DNA of 64,000 bases, from the sequence record NC_041919.1; one strand, written 5' to 3'. This DNA is from Escherichia phage HP3. The notes under the pieces are model-generated. The model was not told the DNA's origin and made no database searches. It saw nothing but the letters and a program-made list of their open reading frames with translations. The position numbers were made by a program, and so were the translations under genes. This document shows, piece after piece, positions 17,219 to 28,072 of this stretch; positions within the stretch are counted from its first letter, which is position 1, and every line of letters starts with the position of its first letter.

Positions 17219-18421
17219 ATGAAAGTATGTATTTTTATGGCTCGAGGTCTTGAAGGTTGTGGTGTAACAAAATTCTCACTCGAGCAACGTGATTGGTTTA
17301 TTAAGAATGGTCATGAAGTAACTTTGGTTTATGCTAAAGATAAATCATTTACTCGTACAAGTTCTCATGACCACAAATCATTTTCAATTCCAGTTATTTT
17401 AGCTAAAGAATACGATAAAGCACTTAAGCTGGTAAATGATTGTGATATTCTAATTATTAATTCTGTTCCTGCTACTTCCGTTCAAGAAGCCACGATTAAT
17501 AACTATAAAAAACTTTTAGATAATATTAAACCTTCTATTCGTGTTGTAGTTTATCAGCATGATCATTCTGTTCTTTCTTTGCGTCGAAATTTGGGATTAG
17601 AAGAAACTGTTCGTCGAGCTGATGTTATTTTTAGTCATTCTGATAATGGCGATTTTAATAAAGTTCTGATGAAAGAATGGTATCCAGAAACTGTTTCTCT
17701 GTTTGATGATATTGAAGAAGCACCAACAGTATATAATTTTCAGCCTCCTATGGATATTGCGAAAGTTCGATCAACCTACTGGAAAGATGTTTCTGAAATT
17801 AACATGAATATCAATCGTTGGATTGGTCGTACGACTACATGGAAAGGTTTTTACCAGATGTTTGATTTTCACGAAAAATTCTTAAAACCTGCTGGTAAAT
17901 CCACTGTAATGGAAGGTCTTGAACGTTCCCCTGCTTTTATTGCAATTAAGGAAAAAGGTATTCCGTATGAATATTACGGTAATCGTGAGATCGATAAAAT
18001 GAATCTCACGCCGAATCAACCGGCACAAATCCTAGATTGTTATATTAATAGTGAAATGCTTGAACGAATGAGTAAATCTGGCTTTGGATATCAGTTGAGT
18101 AAACTTAACCAGAAATACTTACAACGCTCACTAGAATATACTCATCTTGAATTAGGTGCTTGCGGTACAATTCCTGTTTTCTGGAAATCTACTGGCGAAA
18201 ATTTAAAATTCCGTGTTGATAATACTCCTTTGACCTCGCATGATAGCGGTATCATTTGGTTTGATGAAAATGACATGGAATCAACATTCGAGCGTATTAA
18301 AGAACTGTCATCTGACCGAGCTCTTTATGACCGTGAGCGAGAAAAAGCATATGAATTTTTGTATCAGCATCAAGATTCAAGCTTCTGCTTTAAAGAACAG
18401 TTTGACATTATTACAAAATAA
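17219..18421 (+). CDS. agt: DNA alpha-glucosyltransferase
   Basis: 400 aa; sequence (MKVCIFMARGLEGCGVTKFSLEQRDWFIKNGHEVTLVY...) matches remembered T4 alpha-gt. Confidence 0.9.
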   Translation: MKVCIFMARGLEGCGVTKFSLEQRDWFIKNGHEVTLVYAKDKSFTRTSSHDHKSFSIPVILAKEYDKALKLVNDCDILIINSVPATSVQEATINNYKKLLDNIKPSIRVVVYQHDHSVLSLRRNLGLEETVRRADVIFSHSDNGDFNKVLMKEWYPETVSLFDDIEEAPTVYNFQPPMDIAKVRSTYWKDVSEINMNINRWIGRTTTWKGFYQMFDFHEKFLKPAGKSTVMEGLERSPAFIAIKEKGIPYEYYGNREIDKMNLTPNQPAQILDCYINSEMLERMSKSGFGYQLSKLNQKYLQRSLEYTHLELGACGTIPVFWKSTGENLKFRVDNTPLTSHDSGIIWFDENDMESTFERIKELSSDRALYDREREKAYEFLYQHQDSSFCFKEQFDIITK

Positions 18422-18422
18422 A

Positions 18423-18462
18423 GGGCTTCGGCCCTTTAGCTTTATACGGAGTTTGATATAAT
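18423..18462 (+). promoter_or_regulatory. UUCG hairpin fused to MotA-box middle promoter
   Basis: GGGC-TTCG-GCCC then TTTAGCTTTA (18435-18444), 12-nt spacer, TATAAT (18457-18462); same module at 49885-49925. Confidence 0.55.
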
Positions 18463-18601
18463 GATATTTCTTGGATATGTGATACTTTTTCTCGCGTTTT
18501 ATCTATTCACTAGAGCATGTTGGATTGGGTTCTTTAGCACTCCAGATGGATTTATTTCAATAATTTTATTTTGCATTTCAATGACGGTTCTTGATATATG
18601 A
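18461..18601 (+). CDS. hypothetical small membrane protein (46 aa)
   Basis: ATG 18461, hydrophobic; stop overlaps gene 47 start (ATGA); the -10 above overlaps its start, so expression is uncertain. Confidence 0.35.
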   Translation: MIFLGYVILFLAFYLFTRACWIGFFSTPDGFISIILFCISMTVLDI

Positions 18602-19617
18602 AAATTTTAAATTTAGGTGATTGGCATTTAGGTGTTAAAGCTGATGATGAATGGATTCGCGGTATTCAAATTGATGGAATTAAGCAAGCGATAGAATATT
18701 CTAAGAAAAATGGAATTACTGTATGGATTCAATACGGTGATATTTTTGATGTACGAAAAGCGATCACGCATAAAACTATGGAGTTTGCCCGTGAAATAGT
18801 TCAAATGCTTGATGACGCTGGAATCACATTACATACTATTGTAGGAAATCACGATCTCCACTACAAAAATGTAATGCATCCAAATGCCTCTACTGAGCTT
18901 TTGGCTAAATATCCTAATGTTAAAGTATATGATAAGCCTACTACAGTAGATTTTGACGGATGTTTAATTGATTTAATTCCTTGGATGTGTGAAGAAAATA
19001 CTGGTGAAATTCTTGAGCACATCAAAACTTCATCTGCTTCTTTTTGTGTTGGTCACTGGGAACTGAATGGATTTTATTTTTATAAAGGAATGAAATCTCA
19101 TGGTCTTGAACCTGATTTCCTTAAGACTTATAAAGAAGTGTGGTCTGGTCACTTCCATACTATCTCTGAGGCTGCTAACGTCAGATATATTGGGACACCA
19201 TGGACACTAACTGCAGGTGACGAGAATGACCCTCGCGGGTTCTGGATGTTTGATACAGAAACAGAACGAATGGAATTTATTCCAAACAATACTACCTGGC
19301 ATCGTAGAATTCATTATCCATTTAAAGGAAAAATTGACTATAAAGATTTTACAAATCTATCAGTACGTGTTATAGTAACTGAAGTAGACAAAAATCTAAC
19401 GAAGTTCGAATCTGAACTAGAAAAAGTTGTGCATTCATTACGAGTTGTGTCAAAGATTGATAACTCTGTCGAGTCAGATGACAGTGAAGAAGTTGAAGTC
19501 CAATCGCTTCAGACATTAATGGAAGAGTATATTAATGCAATTCCAGACATCACTGATTCTGACCGTGAAGCACTTATTCAATATGCAAATCAGCTATATG
19601 TAGAGGCAACACAATGA
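18598..19617 (+). CDS. 47: recombination endonuclease subunit gp47 (Mre11-like)
   Basis: 339 aa; phosphoesterase motifs GDWH, GDIFD, GNHD, GHFH. Confidence 0.9.
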   Translation: MKILNLGDWHLGVKADDEWIRGIQIDGIKQAIEYSKKNGITVWIQYGDIFDVRKAITHKTMEFAREIVQMLDDAGITLHTIVGNHDLHYKNVMHPNASTELLAKYPNVKVYDKPTTVDFDGCLIDLIPWMCEENTGEILEHIKTSSASFCVGHWELNGFYFYKGMKSHGLEPDFLKTYKEVWSGHFHTISEAANVRYIGTPWTLTAGDENDPRGFWMFDTETERMEFIPNNTTWHRRIHYPFKGKIDYKDFTNLSVRVIVTEVDKNLTKFESELEKVVHSLRVVSKIDNSVESDDSEEVEVQSLQTLMEEYINAIPDITDSDREALIQYANQLYVEATQ

Positions 19618-19877
19618 CTTTTGATGAATTTAAAAATGTTATGATGAGTCAGCATTTTGAATGCGAAGTAAAAGATGATATTGGGCATAAAGAAATTATT
19701 GAATATTGGTTTGAACCGTTAGAGGTTGAAGATAATTGTATTAAAAAGGTTACAGTCTGCACTGACTGGGCTGTATCTTTTAACTTCAACATTTTAGATA
19801 ATGACACACCTAAATCATTACGAGATATGGCCGTATCTTGTATTAAGGATGCATACTGTGAAGTTTTCGACATTTGA
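19614..19877 (+). CDS. hypothetical protein (87 aa)
   Basis: ORF with ATGA overlap with gene 47. Confidence 0.5.
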   Translation: MTFDEFKNVMMSQHFECEVKDDIGHKEIIEYWFEPLEVEDNCIKKVTVCTDWAVSFNFNILDNDTPKSLRDMAVSCIKDAYCEVFDI

Positions 19878-20064
19878 CATTAATGATGAATTCATAGCAA
19901 ACATTGATTATACCGAAGAAGATTCTAGATATGTTGGAATAATTTATATTACATCGAAAACAGCACAAGGCGTTGTTTGCATGGCTGAATTTGATGAATA
20001 CTTTTTAGATTATGATGATATGATAGAATGGTCTAAAAGATACATTAAAAGGAATCTTTTGTGA
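19849..20064 (+). CDS. hypothetical protein (about 71 aa), start uncertain
   Basis: in-frame ATG 19849 or GTG 19858 inside track ORF 19801; AAGGA RBS. Confidence 0.4.
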   Translation: MHTVKFSTFDINDEFIANIDYTEEDSRYVGIIYITSKTAQGVVCMAEFDEYFLDYDDMIEWSKRYIKRNLL

Positions 20065-21743
20065 AGAATTTTAAACTAAACCGAGTTAGGTATCAAAATA
20101 TAATGTCAGTAGGTGGAAATCCTATTGACATTCAACTAGATAAGGTTCAAAAAACTCTTATTACTGGACGAAATGGCGGTGGTAAGTCTACTATGTTAGA
20201 AGCCATCACATTTGGGCTTTTTGGCAAGCCATTTCGTGATGTAAAGAAAGGTCAATTAATAAACAGCACAAATAAGAAAGAACTTTTAGTTGAACTGTGG
20301 ATGGAATATGATGAGAAAAAGTACTATATCAAAAGAGGACAAAAACCAAACGTTTTCGAAATCACCGTTAACGGTACACGTCTTAATGAATCTGCCAGCA
20401 GTAAAGATTTCCAAGCAGAATTTGAACAGCTTATCGGAATGTCATATGCCAGTTTCAAGCAGATTGTTGTCCTTGGTACAGCAGGGTATACCCCTTTCAT
20501 GGGTTTGTCGACCCCTGCGCGAAGAAAGCTTGTGGAAGACCTGCTTGAGGTAGGAACATTAGCTGAAATGGATAAGCTTAATAAAGCACTAATACGTGAA
20601 TTAAATTCACAAAACCAAGTGCTTGATGTTAAAAAAGATAGTATTATCCAACAAATTAAAATATATAATGATAACGTTGAACGCCAGAAAAAATTAACGG
20701 GTGACAACCTTACTCGTCTACAAAATATGTATGATGATTTGGCAAAAGAAGCTAGAACGCTAAAATCGGAAATAGAAGAAGCTAATGAAAGATTAGTTAA
20801 TATTGTTTTAGATGAAGACCCGACTGATGCATTTAATAAAATCGGTCAAGAAGCAGTTTTAATTAAATCAAAAATTGACTCGTATAATAAAGTCATTAAT
20901 ATGTATCACGAAGGTGGATTATGTCCAACCTGTTTGTCACAATTAAGTTCCGGTGATAAAGTTGTTTCTAAAATTAAAGATAAAGTTTCTGAATGTACGC
21001 ATTCGTTTGAACAGCTTTCAACGCACCGTGATAATTTAAAAGTTCTTGTTGATGAATACCGAGATAATATTAAAACCCAGCAGTCGTTGGCAAATGATAT
21101 TCGCAATAAAAAGCAATCTCTAATCACGACAGTAGATAAAGCTAAAAAAGTTAAAGCAGCTATAGAAAAAGCATCATCCGAGTTTATTGACCATGCTGAT
21201 GAAATAGCACTGCTTCAAGAAGAACTTGATAAAATTGTTAAGACAAAAACTAATTTAGTAATGGAAAAATACCACCGAGGAATTTTGACTGATATGCTCA
21301 AAGATTCTGGTATTAAAGGTGCTATTATTAAAAAGTACATTCCATTATTTAATAAGCAGATTAACCATTATCTTAAAATAATGGAAGCGGATTATGTGTT
21401 TACATTAGATGAAGAATTTAATGAGACAATTAAATCCCGTGGTCGTGAAGATTTTAGTTATGCTTCATTTAGTGAAGGTGAAAAGGCACGAATTGATATT
21501 GCTCTTTTATTTACTTGGCGTGATATTGCTTCTATCGTATCTGGTGTTAGTATTAGTACATTAATTCTTGATGAAGTGTTTGATGGGTCATTTGATGCCG
21601 AAGGTATTAAAGGTGTAGCTAATATTATAAATTCAATGAAAAACACTAATGTTTTTATAATTTCGCATAAAGACCATGACCCGCAAGAATATGGTCAGCA
21701 TCTTCAAATGAAGAAAGTTGGTCGATTTACTGTAATGGTTTAA
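20061..21743 (+). CDS. 46: recombination endonuclease subunit gp46 (Rad50-like ATPase)
   Basis: 560 aa; Walker A GRNGGGKST; coiled-coil middle with CPTC zinc hook; GTG start overlapping upstream stop. Confidence 0.9.
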   Translation: MKNFKLNRVRYQNIMSVGGNPIDIQLDKVQKTLITGRNGGGKSTMLEAITFGLFGKPFRDVKKGQLINSTNKKELLVELWMEYDEKKYYIKRGQKPNVFEITVNGTRLNESASSKDFQAEFEQLIGMSYASFKQIVVLGTAGYTPFMGLSTPARRKLVEDLLEVGTLAEMDKLNKALIRELNSQNQVLDVKKDSIIQQIKIYNDNVERQKKLTGDNLTRLQNMYDDLAKEARTLKSEIEEANERLVNIVLDEDPTDAFNKIGQEAVLIKSKIDSYNKVINMYHEGGLCPTCLSQLSSGDKVVSKIKDKVSECTHSFEQLSTHRDNLKVLVDEYRDNIKTQQSLANDIRNKKQSLITTVDKAKKVKAAIEKASSEFIDHADEIALLQEELDKIVKTKTNLVMEKYHRGILTDMLKDSGIKGAIIKKYIPLFNKQINHYLKIMEADYVFTLDEEFNETIKSRGREDFSYASFSEGEKARIDIALLFTWRDIASIVSGVSISTLILDEVFDGSFDAEGIKGVANIINSMKNTNVFIISHKDHDPQEYGQHLQMKKVGRFTVMV

Positions 21744-21798
21744 TTTATAAGAGATTATGCTTTAATTTATTAGAGTATAATCTCTATGGAGGAAAAAC

Positions 21799-21987
21799 AT
21801 GGAATATTCAACTGGACAGCATTTATTAACTTTTCCTGAAATAAAACGATATATTCTGAGAAATAATTTTTCTAATGAAGAGCATATAGTTACTGAATCT
21901 ATGCTTAGGAATGCATTTAAAGCAGAATATACAAAAATAATGTCCAATAGAAATGAAGCTTGGACTGTTACTGATTATTATGACTAA
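21799..21987 (+). CDS. hypothetical protein (62 aa)
   Basis: ORF with GGAGGAAAAAC RBS. Confidence 0.45.
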   Translation: MEYSTGQHLLTFPEIKRYILRNNFSNEEHIVTESMLRNAFKAEYTKIMSNRNEAWTVTDYYD

Positions 21988-21996
21988 AGGTGTATT

Positions 21997-22386
21997 ATGA
22001 CTAAAATTACTGTGAATTATACTGTTGATGTAAAAGATATTCAGCCAAAACACGTGCGTTCTGAATCAAATCCACAAAACCAAAATAAAATTCGTCGAGC
22101 ATGGGTTTTGTCTCTTTCTGATAACGCAATGGAAGTTATTCAGAACAAAATTAAATCTGCACCTGCTCGTCATGCGTATTATGAAGCTATCGATCGTGAA
22201 GTAAGTAATAAATGGATTGAACTAATGCGCAAACATACTACAGAATCCCTAAACGCCGGTGCTAAATTTATTATGACTTCATGTGGTGAACGCCTTGAAG
22301 ATGATTATTGTGGTAATGCAGATGAACGTCTGATTGTTGCTGCACAAATTGTTGCCGAAACAATCGCAACTGATTTTAATCGTTAA
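21997..22386 (+). CDS. rpbA: RNA polymerase binding protein RpbA-like
   Basis: 129 aa; size and position between 46 and 45 fit T4 rpbA; identity by synteny. Confidence 0.65.
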   Translation: MTKITVNYTVDVKDIQPKHVRSESNPQNQNKIRRAWVLSLSDNAMEVIQNKIKSAPARHAYYEAIDREVSNKWIELMRKHTTESLNAGAKFIMTSCGERLEDDYCGNADERLIVAAQIVAETIATDFNR

Positions 22387-22412
22387 TTGCTTTATTAAAT
22401 TAGTTATAAAAT
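22386..22412 (+). promoter_or_regulatory. MotA-dependent middle promoter (gene 45)
   Basis: MotA box TTGCTTTA (22387-22394), 12-nt spacer, TAAAAT (22407-22412). Confidence 0.65.
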
Positions 22413-22441
22413 TAAATCTCATTTGAATTGAAGGAAATTAC

Positions 22442-23128
22442 ATGAAACTGTCTAAAGATACACTGAATATTTTGAAAAATTTCGCTACTATTAACTCTGG
22501 CATTATGCTTAAATCCGGTCAATTTATTATGACTCGCGCAGTTAATGGTACAACTTACGCGGAAGCAAATATTTCTGACGTTATTGATTTTGATGTAGCA
22601 ATTTACGATTTGAACGGTTTTCTCGGTATTCTGTCGCTAGTTAATGATGATGCAGAAATTTCCCAGTCAGAAGATGGAAATATTAAAATTGCTGATGCTC
22701 GTTCAACAATTTTTTGGCCAGCAGCCGATCCGAGTACAGTAGTTGCTCCTAATAAACCAATTCCATTTCCGGTAGCATCTGTTGTTACTGAAATTAAAGC
22801 TGAAGACCTTCAACAACTGTTGCGTGTATCTCGTGGTCTGCAAATTGATACAATTGCTATCACGGTAAAAGAAGGTAAAATCGTAATTAACGGTTTTAAT
22901 AAAGTAGAAGATTCTGCTCTGACCCGTGTTAAATATTCTTTGACTCTTGGTGATTATGATGGTGAAAATACATTTAATTTCATTATCAATATGGCAAATA
23001 TGAAAATGCAACCAGGAAATTATAAACTTCTGCTCTGGGCAAAAGGTAAACAAGGTGCTGCTAAATTTGAAGGTGAACACGCGAATTATGTGGTAGCTCT
23101 TGAAGCTGATTCTACCCACGATTTTTAA
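22442..23128 (+). CDS. 45: sliding clamp gp45
   Basis: 228 aa; sequence matches remembered T4 gp45. Confidence 0.95.
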   Translation: MKLSKDTLNILKNFATINSGIMLKSGQFIMTRAVNGTTYAEANISDVIDFDVAIYDLNGFLGILSLVNDDAEISQSEDGNIKIADARSTIFWPAADPSTVVAPNKPIPFPVASVVTEIKAEDLQQLLRVSRGLQIDTIAITVKEGKIVINGFNKVEDSALTRVKYSLTLGDYDGENTFNFIINMANMKMQPGNYKLLLWAKGKQGAAKFEGEHANYVVALEADSTHDF

Positions 23129-23131
23129 TAA

Positions 23132-23146
23132 AGGGCTTCGGCCCTT
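23132..23146 (+). terminator. UUCG hairpin (GGGC-TTCG-GCCC) with short T tract
   Basis: immediately after gene 45 stop. Confidence 0.5.
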
Positions 23147-23179
23147 TATAATTTACACTAAAACTTGAATGAGGAAATT

Positions 23180-24139
23180 ATGATTACCGTAAATGAAAAA
23201 GAACACATTCTTGAACAGAAATATCGTCCATCTACTATCGATGAATGTATTCTTCCCGCCTTTGATAAAGAAACCTTTAAATCTATTACAAGTAAAGGTA
23301 AGATTCCACATATTATTCTTCATTCTCCTTCTCCAGGAACAGGTAAAACAACTGTAGCAAAAGCATTGTGTCATGATGTAAATGCTGATATGATGTTTGT
23401 GAATGGATCAGATTGTAAAATTGATTTCGTTCGCGGTCCTTTGACTAATTTTGCCAGCGCCGCTTCATTTGATGGTCGTCAAAAAGTAATCGTTATTGAT
23501 GAATTTGACCGCTCAGGATTAGCAGAGTCTCAGCGACATCTTCGTTCCTTTATGGAAGCTTATAGTTCAAACTGTAGTATTATTATTACTGCTAACAATA
23601 TTGATGGTATTATTAAACCACTTCAGTCACGCTGCCGAGTTATTACGTTCGGTCAACCGACCGATGAAGATAAAATTGAAATGATGAAGCAGATGATTCG
23701 TCGATTGACTGAAATCTGTAAGCATGAAGGAATTGCTATAGCTGATATGAAAGTTGTAGCAGCTTTGGTTAAAAAGAATTTTCCTGATTTTCGTAAAACT
23801 ATTGGCGAGCTCGATAGTTATTCATCTAAAGGTGTTTTGGATGCTGGTATTTTATCACTGGTTACTAACGATCGTGGTGCTATTGATGATGTTCTTGAGT
23901 CTCTCAAAAATAAAGATGTTAAACAACTCAGAGCTTTAGCACCAAAATATGCAGCTGATTATTCGTGGTTCGTAGGTAAACTTGCCGAAGAAATCTATTC
24001 ACGTGTAACTCCGCAGAGTATTATTCGTATGTACGAAATTGTCGGCGAAAATAATCAGTATCATGGTATTGCAGCTAATACTGAATTGCATTTAGCTTAT
24101 CTTTTCATTCAGTTAGCATGTGAAATGCAGTGGAAGTGA
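23180..24139 (+). CDS. 44: clamp-loader large subunit gp44 (AAA+)
   Basis: 319 aa from ATG 23180 ([17 protein letters not shown]); Walker [10 protein letters not shown]; GAGGAAA RBS. Confidence 0.95.
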
Positions 24140-24140
24140 T

Positions 24141-24704
24141 ATGAGCTTATTTGAAGATGATATTCAATTAAACGAGCATCAAGTTGCTTGGTATTCAAAA
24201 GATTGGACAGCTGTCCAATCCGCTGCTGATTCTTTTAAAGAAAAAGCTGAAAATGAGTTTTTTGAAATAATTGGAGCTATTAATAATAAAACTAAATGCT
24301 CTATTGCTCAAAAAGATTATTCAAAATACATGGTTGAGAATGCATTATCACAATTTCCAGAGTGCATGCCAGCTGTATATGCTATGAATTTAATCGGTTC
24401 TGGATTAAGTGATGAAGCTCATTTTAATTATCTGATGGCTGCTGTTCCTCGGGGTAAAAGATATGGTAAATGGGCAAAACTGGTTGAAGATTCCACCGAA
24501 GTATTGATTATTAAGTTACTTGCTAAGCGGTATCAAGTTAATACAAATGATGCAATTAACTATAAATCAATTCTTACTAAAAATGGAAAACTATCTTTAG
24601 TATTAAAAGAACTAAAAGGTTTAGTCACGGATGATTTTTTGAAAGAAGTGACTAAGAACGTAAAAGAACAGAAACAACTCAAAAAACTAGCATTGGAATG
24701 GTAA
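24141..24704 (+). CDS. 62: clamp-loader small subunit gp62
   Basis: 187 aa from ATG 24141; adjacent to gene 44 stop. Confidence 0.9.
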   Translation: MSLFEDDIQLNEHQVAWYSKDWTAVQSAADSFKEKAENEFFEIIGAINNKTKCSIAQKDYSKYMVENALSQFPECMPAVYAMNLIGSGLSDEAHFNYLMAAVPRGKRYGKWAKLVEDSTEVLIIKLLAKRYQVNTNDAINYKSILTKNGKLSLVLKELKGLVTDDFLKEVTKNVKEQKQLKKLALEW

Positions 24705-24705
24705 A

Positions 24706-25074
24706 ATGATTGAAATTACTCTTAAAAAACCTGAAGATTTTCTGAAAGTAAAAGAAACTTTGACTCGTATGGGAATTGCTAATAATAAAGATAAAGTTCT
24801 GTATCAGTCCTGTCATATTCTTCAGAAAAAAGGACTATACTATATCGTTCATTTTAAAGAAATGCTTCGTATGGATGGTCGCCAAGTTGAAATGACAGAA
24901 GAAGATGAAGTTCGTCGTGATTCGATTGCATGGCTGTTAGAAGATTGGGGACTGATTGAAATCGTTCCTGGTCAAAGAACTTTTATGAAAGATTTAACTA
25001 ATAATTTCCGAGTTATTTCTTTTAAACAAAAACATGAATGGAAACTCGTTCCTAAATATACGATTGGTAATTAA
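24706..25074 (+). CDS. regA: translational repressor RegA
   Basis: 122 aa; sequence matches remembered T4 RegA. Confidence 0.9.
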   Translation: MIEITLKKPEDFLKVKETLTRMGIANNKDKVLYQSCHILQKKGLYYIVHFKEMLRMDGRQVEMTEEDEVRRDSIAWLLEDWGLIEIVPGQRTFMKDLTNNFRVISFKQKHEWKLVPKYTIGN

Positions 25075-25075
25075 T

Positions 25076-25297
25076 ATGACTGCTATAACTCCGCAAGAAT
25101 ACATGGCGTCTCTTAAAGAAAAATATAATCTTTCTGCAACAGAAACACTTTTCGATTTACCAGAAAACCTTCAACTAAAATTTCAGGTAGAATTTCAAAA
25201 ATTAATTCACCCAGAACAAAAACACTTTACTGCAGTCGTTAAGTCAATTAATGCAGATGGAATGACAATTTTTCACCGACAAATAGTACTAATTTAA
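25076..25297 (+). CDS. hypothetical protein (73 aa)
   Basis: ATG 25076 (internal Met of track ORF 25034), TAATATG junction with regA. Confidence 0.45.
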   Translation: MTAITPQEYMASLKEKYNLSATETLFDLPENLQLKFQVEFQKLIHPEQKHFTAVVKSINADGMTIFHRQIVLI

Positions 25298-25301
25298 GCA
25301 A

Positions 25302-25320
25302 GGGGCTTCGGCCCCTTATT
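25302..25320 (+). terminator. UUCG hairpin (GGGGC-TTCG-GCCCC) with TTATTT
   Basis: follows ORF end at 25297. Confidence 0.55.
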
Positions 25321-25339
25321 TGGAGTATAATATATCAAG

Positions 25340-25375
25340 AGCCTAATAACTCGGGCTATAAACTAAGGAATATCT
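25340..25375 (+). promoter_or_regulatory. candidate gene 43 translational operator
   Basis: short hairpin AGCC..GGCT (25340-25357) then AAGGAA RBS before ATG 25376; T4 gp43 autoregulates via a hairpin at this position. Confidence 0.4.
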
Positions 25376-28072
25376 ATGAAAGAATTTTATATCTCTATTG
25401 AAACAGTCGGAAATAACATTGTTGAACGTTATATTGATGAAAACGGAAAGGAACGTACTCGTGAAGTAGAATATCTTCCGACTATGTTTAGGCATTGTAA
25501 GGAAGAGTCAAAATACAAAGACATCTATGGTAAAAACTGCGCTCCTCAAAAATTTCCATCAATGAAAGATGCTCGAGATTGGATGAAACGAATGGAAGAC
25601 ATCGGTCTCGAAGCTCTCGGTATGAACGATTTTAAACTCGCTTATATCAGTGATACATATGGTTCAGAAATTGTTTATGACCGAAAATTTGTTCGTGTAG
25701 CTAACTGTGACATTGAGGTTACTGGTGATAAATTTCCTGACCCAATGAAAGCAGAATATGAAATTGATGCTATTACTCATTATGATTCAATTGATGATCG
25801 TTTTTATGTTTTCGACCTTTTGAATTCAATGTACGGTTCAGTATCAAAATGGGATGCAAAGTTAGCTGCTAAGCTTGACTGTGAAGGTGGTGATGAAGTT
25901 CCTCAAGAAATTCTTGACCGAGTAATTTATATGCCATTCGATAATGAGCGTGATATGCTCATGGAATATATCAATCTCTGGGAACAGAAACGACCTGCTA
26001 TTTTTACTGGTTGGAATATTGAGGGATTTGACGTTCCGTATATCATGAATCGTGTTAAAATGGTTCTCGGTGAACGTAGTATGAAACGCTTCTCTCCAAT
26101 CGGTCGAGTAAAATCTAAACTAATTCAAAATATGTACGGTAGCAAAGAAATTTATTCTATTGATGGCGTATCTATTCTTGATTATTTAGATTTGTACAAG
26201 AAATTCGCTTTTACTAATTTGCCGTCATTCTCTTTGGAATCAGTTGCTCAACATGAAACCAAAAAAGGTAAATTACCGTATGATGGTCCTATTAATAAAC
26301 TTCGTGAGACTAATCATCAACGATACATTAGTTATAACATCATTGACGTAGAATCAGTTCAAGCAATTGATAAAATTCGCGGGTTTATCGATCTAGTTTT
26401 AAGTATGTCTTATTATGCTAAAATGCCTTTTTCTGGTGTAATGAGTCCTATTAAAACTTGGGATGCTATTATTTTTAACTCATTGAAAGGTGAACATAAG
26501 GTTATTCCTCAACAAGGTTCGCATGTTAAACAGAGTTTTCCGGGTGCATTTGTGTTTGAACCTAAACCAATTGCTCGTCGATATATTATGAGTTTTGACT
26601 TGACGTCTCTGTATCCGAGCATTATTCGTCAGGTTAACATTAGTCCTGAGACTATTCGTGGACAATTTAAAGTTCATCCAATTCATGAATATATCGCAGG
26701 AACAGCTCCTAAGCCAAGTGAAGAATATTCTTGTTCTCCGAATGGATGGATGTATGATAAGCATCAAGAAGGTATCATTCCAAAGGAAATCGCTAAAGTA
26801 TTTTTCCAGCGTAAAGACTGGAAAAAGAAAATGTTCGCTGAAGAAATGAATGCCGAAGCTATTAAAAAGATTATTATGAAAGGCGCAGGGTCTTGTTCAA
26901 CTAAACCAGAAGTTGAACGATATGTTAAGTTCAGTGATGATTTCTTAAATGAACTGTCGAATTATACTGAATCTGTTCTCAATAGTTTGATTGAAGAATG
27001 TGAAAAAGCTGCTACACTTGCTAACACAAATCAGCTGAACCGTAAAATTCTCATTAACAGTCTTTATGGTGCTCTTGGTAATATTCATTTCCGTTACTAT
27101 GATTTGCGAAATGCTACTGCTATCACAATTTTTGGCCAAGTTGGTATTCAGTGGATTGCTCGTAAAATTAATGAATATCTGAATAAAGTATGCGGAACTA
27201 ATGGCGAAGATTTCATTGCAGCAGGTGATACTGATTCGGTATATGTTTGTGTAGATAAAGTTATTGAAAAAGTTGGTCTTGACCGATTCAAAGAGCAGAA
27301 CGATTTGGTTGAATTTATGAATCAGTTCGGTAAGAAAAAGATGGAACCTATGATTGATGTTGCATATCGTGAGTTATGTGATTATATGAATAACCGCGAG
27401 CATCTGATGCATATGGACCGTGAAGCTATTTCTTGCCCTCCACTTGGTTCAAAGGGTATTGGTGGATTTTGGAAAGCGAAAAAGCGTTATGCTCTGAACG
27501 TTTATGATATGGAAGATAAACGATTTGCTGAACCGCATCTAAAAATCATGGGTATGGAAACTCAGCAGAGTTCAACACCAAAAGCAGTACAAGAAGCTCT
27601 CGAAGAAAGTATTCGTCGTATTCTTCAGGAAGGTGAAGAGTCTGTCCAAGAATATTACAAGAACTTCGAGAAAGAATATCGTCAACTCGACTATAAAGTT
27701 ATTGCTGAAGTAAAAACTGCGAACGATATAGCGAAATATGATGATAAAGGTTGGCCAGGATTTAAATGTCCGTTCCATATTCGTGGTGTGCTAACTTATC
27801 GTCGAGCTGTTAGCGGTTTAGGTGTAGCTCCAATTTTGGATGGAAATAAAGTAATGGTTCTTCCATTGCGTGAAGGAAATCCATTTGGTGACAAATGCAT
27901 TGCTTGGCCGTCGGGTACAGAACTTCCAAAAGAAATTCGTTCTGACGTACTGTCTTGGATTGACTACTCAACTTTGTTCCAAAAATCGTTTGTTAAACCG
28001 CTTGCGGGCATGTGTGAATCGGCTGGTATGGACTATGAAGAAAAAGCTTCGTTAGACTTCCTGTTTGGCTGA
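25376..28072 (+). CDS. 43: DNA polymerase gp43 (family B)
   Basis: 898 aa; exonuclease and polymerase motifs (DIE, YGDTDS). Confidence 0.97.
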   Translation: MKEFYISIETVGNNIVERYIDENGKERTREVEYLPTMFRHCKEESKYKDIYGKNCAPQKFPSMKDARDWMKRMEDIGLEALGMNDFKLAYISDTYGSEIVYDRKFVRVANCDIEVTGDKFPDPMKAEYEIDAITHYDSIDDRFYVFDLLNSMYGSVSKWDAKLAAKLDCEGGDEVPQEILDRVIYMPFDNERDMLMEYINLWEQKRPAIFTGWNIEGFDVPYIMNRVKMVLGERSMKRFSPIGRVKSKLIQNMYGSKEIYSIDGVSILDYLDLYKKFAFTNLPSFSLESVAQHETKKGKLPYDGPINKLRETNHQRYISYNIIDVESVQAIDKIRGFIDLVLSMSYYAKMPFSGVMSPIKTWDAIIFNSLKGEHKVIPQQGSHVKQSFPGAFVFEPKPIARRYIMSFDLTSLYPSIIRQVNISPETIRGQFKVHPIHEYIAGTAPKPSEEYSCSPNGWMYDKHQEGIIPKEIAKVFFQRKDWKKKMFAEEMNAEAIKKIIMKGAGSCSTKPEVERYVKFSDDFLNELSNYTESVLNSLIEECEKAATLANTNQLNRKILINSLYGALGNIHFRYYDLRNATAITIFGQVGIQWIARKINEYLNKVCGTNGEDFIAAGDTDSVYVCVDKVIEKVGLDRFKEQNDLVEFMNQFGKKKMEPMIDVAYRELCDYMNNREHLMHMDREAISCPPLGSKGIGGFWKAKKRYALNVYDMEDKRFAEPHLKIMGMETQQSSTPKAVQEALEESIRRILQEGEESVQEYYKNFEKEYRQLDYKVIAEVKTANDIAKYDDKGWPGFKCPFHIRGVLTYRRAVSGLGVAPILDGNKVMVLPLREGNPFGDKCIAWPSGTELPKEIRSDVLSWIDYSTLFQKSFVKPLAGMCESAGMDYEEKASLDFLFG

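Noticed and set aside
22703-23119. 138-aa - strand ORF inside gene 45
   Set aside because: Fully antisense to a well-supported conserved gene, no RBS, composition typical of the reverse frame of an AT-rich coding region; the same applies to most other - strand track ORFs inside + strand genes (e.g. 33464-33694, 47445-48156, 20324-20707).
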